From assembly GCA_018396755.1 (NCBI GenBank), contig JAGTQM010000005.1, forward strand, positions 23,620 through 87,619: 64,000 nt of DNA, in the 5' to 3' direction. The notes beneath the pieces are model-generated. The model saw nothing but the letters and a program-made list of their open reading frames with translations. It made no database searches and was not told the origin of the DNA. This DNA is from Candidatus Bathyarchaeota archaeon. Lineage in GTDB: Archaea; Thermoproteota; CALKCG01; B24. Made by a program: the position numbers and the translations under genes. How positions within the stretch are numbered: position 1 is the stretch's first letter; every line of letters starts with the position of its first letter. Shown piece by piece: positions 1 to 8,247 of the stretch.

Positions 1-375
1 GCCATGCATGAATACGATTTAGAAACTGCGAGACTTATGAGTATGTCTATTGAGCCAGACATCTACGTTAATGGAGATTCGACAATTGAAGTTGGAGGTT
101 TAAAGTTTAAGGTTTTACATACGCCCGGACATTCACCTGGAAGTATTTCTCTACTCGGCCATGGCTTAATTTTCACGGGTGATTTGATGTTTAAAATGGG
201 TTATGGTAGGATAGATTTACCTGGAGGATCTTACGTTATGCTCATGAAAAGTCTTAAGAGGATTTTAAGTTTTGAAGATGATTTGAAAGTGTATCCAGGA
301 CATGGTCCTTCAACCAATTTACGAGATGAAAAGAGTTTCTATAGACGTTTAGGTCTATGGGATGACTGTGTTTAA
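1..375 (+). CDS. MBL-fold metallo-hydrolase, C-terminal part (5' end lies outside the window)
   Basis: ORF 4..375 is open to the window edge. HTPGHSPGS and PGHG motifs are typical of metallo-beta-lactamase/glyoxalase-II-like hydrolases. Confidence 0.7.
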   Translation, partial: AMHEYDLETARLMSMSIEPDIYVNGDSTIEVGGLKFKVLHTPGHSPGSISLLGHGLIFTGDLMFKMGYGRIDLPGGSYVMLMKSLKRILSFEDDLKVYPGHGPSTNLRDEKSFYRRLGLWDDCV

Positions 376-429
376 TGAATACTCTCTACAGATGCTTAAA
401 ATTTAAAAGCTTGGAGATGTGTTTAAATT

Positions 430-1572
430 ATGTCTAAGTTTATGGAGTCGACACGGAAAGCTTTGATAGGTATGGTTAAGAGGAATCCGCATGATCATAA
501 CCTATACTTGCTTAAGCTTACAGAGTTTAAATCTCTTGTTGAGGCTGCTGGTTACGAGAGCTGTGGAGTAGTTGTTCAGGTTAGACTTAAGGAGAGCGTA
601 GACTACGTATTCGGTAGGGGGAAAGTTGAAGAGATTAAAAACCTTGTAGAAGAGAAGAAGGTTGATGCCTTTGCGGTATATAATATTCTAACTAGTAAGC
701 AGAAGTATAACTTGGAGAATTACCTAGGAGTTAAAGTTTTAGATAGGTATGATGTTACTCTCGAGATTTTTGATAAAGCGAGCACAGATGAGCTTAGCAA
801 GCTTCAGATAGAACTTGCCAGACTTATTAAAAGCTACCCCTACGAGAAGCTCAAAGCGAGTTTCAAGTACAGGGTTGGAAGAGAACATCCTTGGAAGAGG
901 TCTAGTGGAGAATACATATACCATTCTATTGTAAACACATTGAAAAGGCGTATGGCCAGGGTTTACGATGAGCTTGAGAAAAGGAAGAAAACTAGAATAG
1001 AGCAGATAATTAAAAGACGCAGAATAGGTTCACCGATAGTATGTATAGCAGGCTACTACAGTAGCGGTAAGACCTCTCTCTTCAATACTTTAACTGGTTT
1101 AAATAAGCCAGTTAGCCCCAAGCCTTTTACAACTCTCTCAAGTAAGTATTACCTCTCTAATAGATATGGAGAGGTCTTCCTCGTAGACACCATAGGTTTT
1201 GTACACGATTTAGACCCTAAAATGCTTGAATCATTCGAGTTGACGTTAAACGATATAAGGTTTTCAGATGTAGTTATCCTCGTCGTAGACTGCTCAGACC
1301 CCCAATCTATAATGCTATTCAGACTATCCACGTGTTTAGACGTGTTAAAAAACCTTGAAGTAGACTCTAACAGGATTGTTGTAGCTTTAAACAAGATAGA
1401 CCTATTGAATGAGGAGGAGGTGCTCAACCGTTTAAAGACGGTATCTGACTACGTAAATCCAACGCCAGTTATACCCATATCCGCTGAGGAAAAGCTAAAC
1501 TTAGAAAAGCTTATGTCTACGGTATTCTCAAAGCTTAATCAACTGAAGATTCAACAGTACAGCTTCATATAG
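430..1572 (+). CDS. hflX: GTPase HflX
   Basis: N-terminal HflX-type domain (GRGKVEEIK...LQIELARL), P-loop-like GYYSSGKTSLFNTLTG, DTIGF (G3) and NKID (G4). Confidence 0.8.
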   Translation: MSKFMESTRKALIGMVKRNPHDHNLYLLKLTEFKSLVEAAGYESCGVVVQVRLKESVDYVFGRGKVEEIKNLVEEKKVDAFAVYNILTSKQKYNLENYLGVKVLDRYDVTLEIFDKASTDELSKLQIELARLIKSYPYEKLKASFKYRVGREHPWKRSSGEYIYHSIVNTLKRRMARVYDELEKRKKTRIEQIIKRRRIGSPIVCIAGYYSSGKTSLFNTLTGLNKPVSPKPFTTLSSKYYLSNRYGEVFLVDTIGFVHDLDPKMLESFELTLNDIRFSDVVILVVDCSDPQSIMLFRLSTCLDVLKNLEVDSNRIVVALNKIDLLNEEEVLNRLKTVSDYVNPTPVIPISAEEKLNLEKLMSTVFSKLNQLKIQQYSFI

Positions 1573-1679
1573 GTCTAATGGACATATTTCCACGGAATAG
1601 CGTGAATTTGCTAGGGAGCATAGGTTTAGGCGACTATTCTTATGCTAAACTCTTATAGGGTAAAATCGAATCTTGAATC

Positions 1680-2766
1680 TTGATGACTGGTGAAAGTTTT
1701 TTCACACTTAGGACGATACGGTGGGAGGATGGCGCTATAGTTGCAGTAGATCAGAGGCTACTGCCTAAGAGGCTTAAATACGTTAAGATACATAGCGTAG
1801 AGCAGCTTTCTGAAGCCATTAAAAACCTCACTATAAGAGGGGCGCCTGCCATAGGTGTTGCAGCGGCGCTTGGATTAGCATTAGTTGCACATAAATCTAA
1901 AGCAGAAAATATTGGTGATTTCAAAAGAGAAATTATGGATGCGTATGAGAGGCTTAAATCTACGAGACCTACAGCTGTGAACCTATTTTGGGCTCTAGAT
2001 AGGGTCGTTGCGAAGATTTCTGAGGCTAAAGACCCTGGAGAGGCTAAGAAGATTGCTGTAGAAGAGGCTAAAACAATATGGATGGAAGACTATGAAATAA
2101 ATAGACGTATAGGAGAGCATGGAGCTACACTGCTTGAAAACGGAGATATGGTGCTCACGCACTGTAAATGGCTTAAACCAGCAGAATGCGGGAGCACTAG
2201 CTACCACGGGATATGGAACCGCGCTTGCGGTAATAAGGTCGGCTGTAGCTAGAGGTTTACATGTAGAAGTTTATGCAACCGAGACCAGACCAGTACTTCA
2301 AGGTGCTAGGTTAACGGCTTTTGAACTTCTCATAGATAGAATACCGTTTAAGCTTGTAACCGATAATGCTGTCGGATTCTTGATGCGTAGGAAACTTGTG
2401 GATAAAGTCATAGTCGGTGCCGATAGAATAGCTTTAAACGGTGACGTTATCAATAAGATAGGTACTTATATGTTAGCGGTTCTTGCAAATCACCATGGGA
2501 TACCGTTCTACGTAGCAGCTCCAATGTCAACCGTAGACCCTAAGCTTGAGCATGGCGACGACGCCCCTATAGAGTTTAGAAGTGGAGAAGAAGTTGTTAC
2601 GATTTACGGTTGTAAAATAGCCCCTGAAGGTGTTGAAGCGTTAAACCCTGCTTTCGACGTAACCCCTTCAAAGCTGGTAACAGCCATTATAACTGAGCTG
2701 GGAGTATTTAAAGTACCAGATGACTTGGATAGACTGAAGAATATTAGACTTGAGAAAAGTATTTAA
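1680..2766 (+). CDS. mtnA: Methylthioribose-1-phosphate isomerase / aIF-2BI family protein. The frame is interrupted by a 19-nt insert (exon 1 1680..2167, exon 2 2187..2766; 355 aa after removal).
   Basis: ORFs 1680..2252 and 2119..2766 are the two halves of one protein. The N-terminal half reads [27 protein letters not shown] and ends ..VLTHC. The C-terminal half starts at [14 protein letters not shown] and carries [28 protein letters not shown] at 1683 is an alternative to TTG at 1680. Confidence 0.85.
2168..2186 (+). other. Putative bulge-helix-bulge intron inside the mtnA-type mRNA (19 nt, atggcttaaaccagcagaa)
   Basis: Fold read directly from the sequence. Outer helices are 2151-2156/2192-2197 and 2158-2161/2187-2190. 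The central 4-bp helix is ctgt(2162-2165)/gcag(2181-2184). The 5' bulge is aaa (2166-2168) and the 3' bulge is aa(t) (2185-2187). The inner hairpin is tgg-cttaaa-cca. Cutting after the second bulge nucleotide on each side joins cac tgt aa|t gcg gga, which reads HCNAG in frame. Confidence 0.6.
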
Positions 2767-2798
2767 TTCATAGGAAGCTATATTCGAGGTTTGAGGTT

Positions 2799-3569
2799 AT
2801 GGACTTATTCGTTTTAAGATTACTATTGTCTTTTGGCATTTTAACACCATCCACTGTTTTAGATGTGAAGTTTAGAGAGGTCCAAGATGAGTTTTGGATT
2901 ATCGGGTCGATCTTAGGGATCGCCATAAATATCGTAGAGGCTTTAACAGGCCACCTTGAAGTTTCAAGACTGTTAATATCTTTAGCTGTAGGCTGTATAA
3001 TGGGCTTCACGTTGTTCTACATCGGTTTTTTCGGAGGAGCTGATTCAAAGGCTTTAATTTTCCTCAGTCTAACCGTGCCTGAAAATCCAACGTTGATTAA
3101 ACAGCTCGGGATTTCTCTAAACATACCAGTGATTACAGTGTTTAATAATGCTGTTACCTTTTCCCTATGCTATCCATTAGCCATAGCTATTTTAAACGTT
3201 AAAGAATCGGTTAGAGGAAGAGACCCACTGCGAGGCTTACATGTCAAAGGTATATTGCGGAGGATAATATTGTTCTTAACGGTTAAACGTACGTCTTTCG
3301 AAGAACTTAAAAAGAGGATTGGATACTATCCCGCTGAGCAACCGTTCGAAGAAAACGGGAGAATCCTCAGACGACCAATATATTTTATGAAGGCTGAAAC
3401 TGATAAGGAAGAAATGCTTCAGAAACTAGAGCCTTACGCTAGTAAAGGGCTCTACCAAGATGGGATTCTCGTTTCACCTACAATACCGTTTATAACGTTT
3501 ATAACGTTGGGTTTAGCCTTCCTCCCAGTAGGAGATCTTATTCTAACCCTTGCTTCACTCATCAGGTGA
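2799..3569 (+). CDS. A24-family aspartic peptidase (prepilin/preflagellin peptidase-like)
   Basis: Polytopic membrane protein. The two Asp motifs are LDVKFREV near the N-terminus and FGGADSKAL. Confidence 0.6.
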   Translation: MDLFVLRLLLSFGILTPSTVLDVKFREVQDEFWIIGSILGIAINIVEALTGHLEVSRLLISLAVGCIMGFTLFYIGFFGGADSKALIFLSLTVPENPTLIKQLGISLNIPVITVFNNAVTFSLCYPLAIAILNVKESVRGRDPLRGLHVKGILRRIILFLTVKRTSFEELKKRIGYYPAEQPFEENGRILRRPIYFMKAETDKEEMLQKLEPYASKGLYQDGILVSPTIPFITFITLGLAFLPVGDLILTLASLIR

Positions 3570-3823
3570 GAATATTTAAATCGAACAGTCCTACACGTAA
3601 TATGCTTGTGGGTAAAGTAGCTAAAGGAAAACAATGCGACGTTAAAGGCTGCGATAAACCAGCTGTAAGATCCCTACAGAAAGCGGTTACCGCCAACTCC
3701 GGCCTCGATTTAACCGGTCAGGATAGAGTATACCTTTGCAAGGAACATTATAAGGTTGTAAAGAAGAGTCTTAAGAAAGAACGTACTATTACGAAGTGGC
3801 GCTACATGACTAGCGGCTTCTAA
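3566..3823 (+). CDS. Small basic Cys-containing protein, function unknown
   Basis: 85-aa ORF overlapping the upstream stop by 4 nt. It carries CDVKGCDKP...LCKEHYK. The start may be the internal Met at 3602. Confidence 0.4.
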   Translation: MRIFKSNSPTRNMLVGKVAKGKQCDVKGCDKPAVRSLQKAVTANSGLDLTGQDRVYLCKEHYKVVKKSLKKERTITKWRYMTSGF

Positions 3824-3864
3824 ACCATAAGACGGTTTAGACCTGGAAACTTTTAAACTGTCTC

Positions 3865-4941
3865 CTACAATCGTTCAAACCCTACTCCTCTACATTCTAT
3901 TTCACTCGGTCTACCTAAACCTCCATCTATTTTAAAGTCGGCATTTAGAACGATCCTACTAAGCTCTATGCAAGTTAGAGTGTGCAGCGTAAGTTCTACG
4001 GTTTTAAATCTGCTTACGCCATCCGCTAGGCTAGCCCATACGATGAGTTGATCGCAGAGATGTTTATCCATAGGATAGCCTCCTCTGAGTAGGTTAACCA
4101 GTTCTTCAGCTGCTTCTGAGCCTATAAGCTCAGCCCGTTTACCTATAACACCCAGCCTATCCACGCCTAGGTAGCCATAGGTATGCTTAACTGTTAAGAT
4201 TAATCCGCAACCTGGATCTAAGCTACACTTAGGGTTTGGGGGTTGAAGGACTTCTTTCTCGAAAATCGGTTTTAAACCGATTATGCTGAGTTTTTCTGAG
4301 GCGCTTAAAGCCATCCTATTGACTATATGTTCAGGTAGTCTACAGCTATATGTTAATCCTCTGACTTCTGATATTTCACCAAGCTTGTCGAGGGTTATGG
4401 GTTCAAGCTTTCCAACGGGCTCTGTTGAAAATTCGACTTCTCCACCGCCCTTAGGGTAGAAGCCTCTCCTATTTAGTTTTAAATTAGCTTTAACCCCCAT
4501 GAGCCTAAGATTCGGTAGTAAAACCCTCTCAATATAGTCTACTGGAGGAGCCATAGGGTTGTTTGTACCGCCTACAAGCGTAAGCTTAACGTAGCCCGGT
4601 GTAAAAGCCATAACAGGCATGGCGGCTTGAAGGATTAAGGTTACACTTCCAGCAGTACCGACGTCGAACTTGTAAGAGCCTGCTTTAAGCTTTCCAGGGT
4701 TGAAAATAACCTCTGTTGAGCCTAAATTTAAACCTTCAACGTAACCATCGCATAGGGCAGATAAGACTTTCAAAGCTGTCATATGCTGTCTCGCTAAACC
4801 AGGTGGTTTACGTTTACCTCTAACATTCACTACTCTAACAGGTTCACCTAGCAGAGCTGATAAAGACGTAGACATTCTAAGTATCTGCCCACCACCTTCA
4901 AGCATGTCTCCCTGTATGGTTATCATAACACTCAACTCCAT
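3865..4941 (-). CDS. rtcA: RNA 3'-terminal phosphate cyclase
   Basis: GGGQILRMSTSLSALLGEPVRVVNVRGKRKPPGLARQH and full-length colinearity with the RtcA family (358 aa). Confidence 0.9.
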   Translation of the reverse strand: MELSVMITIQGDMLEGGGQILRMSTSLSALLGEPVRVVNVRGKRKPPGLARQHMTALKVLSALCDGYVEGLNLGSTEVIFNPGKLKAGSYKFDVGTAGSVTLILQAAMPVMAFTPGYVKLTLVGGTNNPMAPPVDYIERVLLPNLRLMGVKANLKLNRRGFYPKGGGEVEFSTEPVGKLEPITLDKLGEISEVRGLTYSCRLPEHIVNRMALSASEKLSIIGLKPIFEKEVLQPPNPKCSLDPGCGLILTVKHTYGYLGVDRLGVIGKRAELIGSEAAEELVNLLRGGYPMDKHLCDQLIVWASLADGVSRFKTVELTLHTLTCIELSRIVLNADFKIDGGLGRPSEIECRGVGFERL

Positions 4942-5124
4942 AATTAGAAAACGAAGTTTTTAAATATCTTTTAAAAGGTAAATATCCTCCTCGGCATTAT
5001 AATCTACTTTCAAATCCATCCAACCACCATATTTGAACCCATCTTCCAAATTCAACTTTCCCCTCGATTTCTTCCACGTTGTAGCAGGTTCAAATTCCAA
5101 TGCTCTCAAATCGAAGAGGCAAAC

Positions 5125-6045
5125 TTGAAATGTTTAAATATAGAAAAATGGAGGATTTTGCGGGGGATTCACATGTTTCTGTCTATAAGAGATTTTACCG
5201 TTAAGTGGGTAGGCTACGATACCGTATTTGAGGGTTTGAAAGACTTAGGTATACCGAGCTTTGAGCTTTTCGTCAGTAGGGAATTGAAGGTTGAATCCTA
5301 CCTGGATATGGGCTATGTTACTGAGCTTGGTTTTGATGTATCTTCTAAAGAGTCTAGAGAGGATTTGAAAAGAAGGCTTAGAGAGGCTGAGCTAAGAGTA
5401 TGTGCAATCCTTGTGGAAAACGATTTCTCTTCAGAAGATTTAGGCAGGGAAGTCGATTATGTGCTTTCAGCTGTAAAAGTCGCTTCAGAGCTTGGGGTTG
5501 GTGTTGTTAGAATAAACGCGGTAATGCGTCCAATACCTGGTTACGATTTAGAGAAGCACGTTAGAAGAGTGGCGGATGCCGTTGGGAGGTGTATGGGTTC
5601 CTGCCGCGACCTTGGAGTTAGCCTAGCTGTTGAGAATCATGGGGTTATTGCGAATAAGCGTGAGTTTCTAAGGTCGCTTTTCCGCATGGTTGATGATGAG
5701 CATTTAGGGTTGACGTTGGACACTGGAAACTTCTACTGGTTTGGCTACCCGTTAAGCGAAGTATACGATATTGTGAAGGAATTTGCTTCTAAAGTGAAGC
5801 ATACACACGTTAAAAATGCCACAGTTAAACAGGATAAACGGGAGACTTTTAGAAAACCAGGCGACGTTGAAATGGCTCCGCTCTACCAAGGGGATATAAA
5901 CCTTGAGGGAATTGTAAAAACCCTTAGAAGGGCGGGATACGATTACGATTTAACGATAGAGGATGAATCTTTAGGCATGTTTAAAGACAAGGAAAGACTA
6001 GACGTTCTAAAGAAAGATGTGGAATTTATTAAGAGACTTACATGA
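5125..6045 (+). CDS. Sugar phosphate isomerase/epimerase (xylose-isomerase-like TIM barrel)
   Basis: AVENHG, LDTGNF and the H..KN pattern of AP-endonuclease-2/xylose-isomerase-like barrels. The start is possibly Met at 5173. Confidence 0.7.
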   Translation: MKCLNIEKWRILRGIHMFLSIRDFTVKWVGYDTVFEGLKDLGIPSFELFVSRELKVESYLDMGYVTELGFDVSSKESREDLKRRLREAELRVCAILVENDFSSEDLGREVDYVLSAVKVASELGVGVVRINAVMRPIPGYDLEKHVRRVADAVGRCMGSCRDLGVSLAVENHGVIANKREFLRSLFRMVDDEHLGLTLDTGNFYWFGYPLSEVYDIVKEFASKVKHTHVKNATVKQDKRETFRKPGDVEMAPLYQGDINLEGIVKTLRRAGYDYDLTIEDESLGMFKDKERLDVLKKDVEFIKRLT

Positions 6046-6069
6046 AAATCTATGTTTAAATCTCCATTT

Positions 6070-6801
6070 TTATTTGAGCTTCTCCAGAGGCTTTACGTTT
6101 CCAAACGTCGGTTTTGGGCCCTTCGCAGGTGCAGCCCAACGTACGGCGTTGTATATCACTTTAAGTACGTTGGGGTTGTGGTAGATCGGTAGAGTCTCAT
6201 GTCCAGGCCTAAAGTAGAAGATTTTTCCAAGCCCCCTGTAGAAGCAGCAACCGCTTCTGAAGACTTCACCCCCTTCAAACCAGCTTATGAAGACAAGTTC
6301 ATCTGGAGGAGGTATGTCGAAGAATTCACCGTACATCTCCGTGTGTTCAAGCTCAAAGTATTCGCCGAGCCCTTCAGCTATCGGGTGATTAGGCATTACA
6401 ACCCATATCCTCTCTTTTTCACCAGCTTCTCTCCACTTTAAGTTGCAAGACGTACCCATAAGCCTTCTGAAGATTTTTGAGAAGTGTGCAGAGTGTAAAG
6501 CTATAAGCCCCATACCTTCCAGTACTATACGTCTTTGCAGTTTATCGACGACTTGATCATTGACTTTATCATGAGCCATGTGCCCCCACCATATGAGGAC
6601 ATCCGTAGTGTTAATTACGTCATCGGTTAATCCATGCTCAGGCTCTTCTAGCGTGGCTGTTCTAACCTCTAAGCCAGGCTGTTTTCTAAGATAGTCCGCG
6701 ATGGCATTATGTATACCTCTCGAGTAGATCTCTGCCACTCTAGGATCTATTTTCTCATGGAGAAATTCATTCCAAACAGTTACTCTTACGACATCACACA
6801 A
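6070..6801 (-). CDS. ThuA-like (trehalose utilisation) domain protein
   Basis: [49 protein letters not shown] and FYFRPGHE are colinear with the ThuA family. Confidence 0.75.
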   Translation of the reverse strand: MCDVVRVTVWNEFLHEKIDPRVAEIYSRGIHNAIADYLRKQPGLEVRTATLEEPEHGLTDDVINTTDVLIWWGHMAHDKVNDQVVDKLQRRIVLEGMGLIALHSAHFSKIFRRLMGTSCNLKWREAGEKERIWVVMPNHPIAEGLGEYFELEHTEMYGEFFDIPPPDELVFISWFEGGEVFRSGCCFYRGLGKIFYFRPGHETLPIYHNPNVLKVIYNAVRWAAPAKGPKPTFGNVKPLEKLK

Positions 6802-6912
6802 AGCAAACCACCTCCTTTATCTAAAAGAATAGCCCACTTATATGCTCTTCCACTACTTACAGGACACTGATCAATAAAATGGACATCGATACTTTCAGGT
6901 AGGTTTTAAAAG

Positions 6913-7677
6913 CTACTTTGCAAGCTCCTCCCATAAGGCCTTATAGTACCTCATTATCCTCTCGGGATCCGAGCTTTCATCTATCTCGGCTAGACAATAC
7001 CTATTGTAATTTGCATCTTTCAGAAGTCTAAATAGCTCTCTATAGGGGTAGCTTTTATCGTATAGTTCATGTATGTGGACGGAGCGTATCCATTTCTTAA
7101 GCATGTTGAAGCTCTCCCTCACAGAGCCGTTTATCAAGTCTGTCTCATTCGAATTCCAACAGACACCTACATAGGGATGGTTTGAAAGCTCCATAATATT
7201 CCGTATACACTTTGGATCGCTTGTCCCGTATCCATGTACTTCAAGCCACACCTCGACGTTATACTGTTCCGCGTAGTCTCCACACCGTCTAAGGGCCTCG
7301 GCTATTTGTTTAATCGTCTTCTCCCTTGGAATACCATAATCCTCCATAAGCCTATTCGGTCTAACTTTTACGCCTAAAGCTCCGACATCGTATGCAAGCC
7401 TGATGAAGGCTTCCGTAGCCTCTATGTTTCTATCGACTTCAGCTTTATCAGGTGAATGATATTCACAGGTAGTTCCCAAGCTTAGGAGTTTAACTGGAGA
7501 CTTCTCGAAAGCTTCTCTAACCCTACGTCTCTTCTCAACGCTTATACTCGGCTCTACACCATGTGCGTGCGTCGTCCTAAGCTCAACGGCTTCAAAATCA
7601 GTCTTACTACATATTTCAATTATCTTCTCAATACTCCAACTTCTAGCCAAATTATATGTTACAAGCCCAAGCTTCAA
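6913..7677 (-). CDS. Sugar phosphate isomerase/epimerase (xylose-isomerase-like TIM barrel)
   Basis: FEAVELR..., LEVHG, CWNSNETD and VHIHEL motifs; 254 aa. Confidence 0.75.
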   Translation of the reverse strand: MKLGLVTYNLARSWSIEKIIEICSKTDFEAVELRTTHAHGVEPSISVEKRRRVREAFEKSPVKLLSLGTTCEYHSPDKAEVDRNIEATEAFIRLAYDVGALGVKVRPNRLMEDYGIPREKTIKQIAEALRRCGDYAEQYNVEVWLEVHGYGTSDPKCIRNIMELSNHPYVGVCWNSNETDLINGSVRESFNMLKKWIRSVHIHELYDKSYPYRELFRLLKDANYNRYCLAEIDESSDPERIMRYYKALWEELAK

Positions 7678-7726
7678 AGCCCATTCACGACTTTCACATT
7701 ACATGGATAACCATATAAGCTTAGCT

Positions 7727-7837
7727 ATGAACCTAGGAATGATAGGCTCAATAATTTTAGCTACAGCGAAAGCCTACAACGCTGAAGTGGTGGCAAGTGA
7801 CAGACACCTGAAGGGTATAGTGGGGGTAAATTCATAG
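7727..7837 (+). pseudogene. Remnant of a PIN-domain (VapC-like) C-terminus
   Basis: The 36-aa peptide MNLGMIGSIILATAKAYNAEVVASDRHLKGIV matches the D..IAATA....A.lvT.D..f end of PIN toxins. The N-terminal part and a partner gene are missing. Confidence 0.35.
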
Positions 7838-8247
7838 AAAAGTGAACTGTTAAAGCATTATCGACGAGTCTGATGAGAGAGTGCTGTTCGGAAGACTTTT
7901 ATGTAACCATTCTAATAATGGGGCCAGCTGTTTAAGACCAATTCAGGCGTCTACTTCAATTTAATAATAACGTCATCCAGGATTATGTGGAAAAGGAAGT
8001 TGGATGATTGTTTAAATGGAGGGTTGAATTCTTAAAAACTGCTCATAGAAGATTCCATGAAGGATGTTCATTGTGATCTATACACGTAATTTGGTGGAAC
8101 AGTACGGTAACAGAAATGCTTCTACGCCGATTTTGAGAACTATCTCCTATAAGCAGTTGAAGATGCCGGCAGATTCAGATGCATAGTATACATCGATGGC
8201 GCTATGAAGCTTAGATAGTTAAAGTTAAGTTTAAAGTAGATAGACAT

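Noticed and set aside
2119-2252. Programmed +1 ribosomal frameshift as the explanation for the two mtnA frames.
   Set aside because: I consider this less likely than splicing. Any shift inside the overlap would insert about six unrelated residues between the catalytic Cys and NAG. No obvious shifty or stall motif is present. Removal of exactly 19 nt at BHB bulges restores the conserved motif. It remains the main alternative to test.
7861-7900. CUGAUGAG motif (7870..7877) that recalls the hammerhead ribozyme core.
   Set aside because: The downstream sequence lacks a properly placed GAAA element preceded by a closing C. No stem II or stem III pairing can be drawn, so this looks like a chance heptamer.
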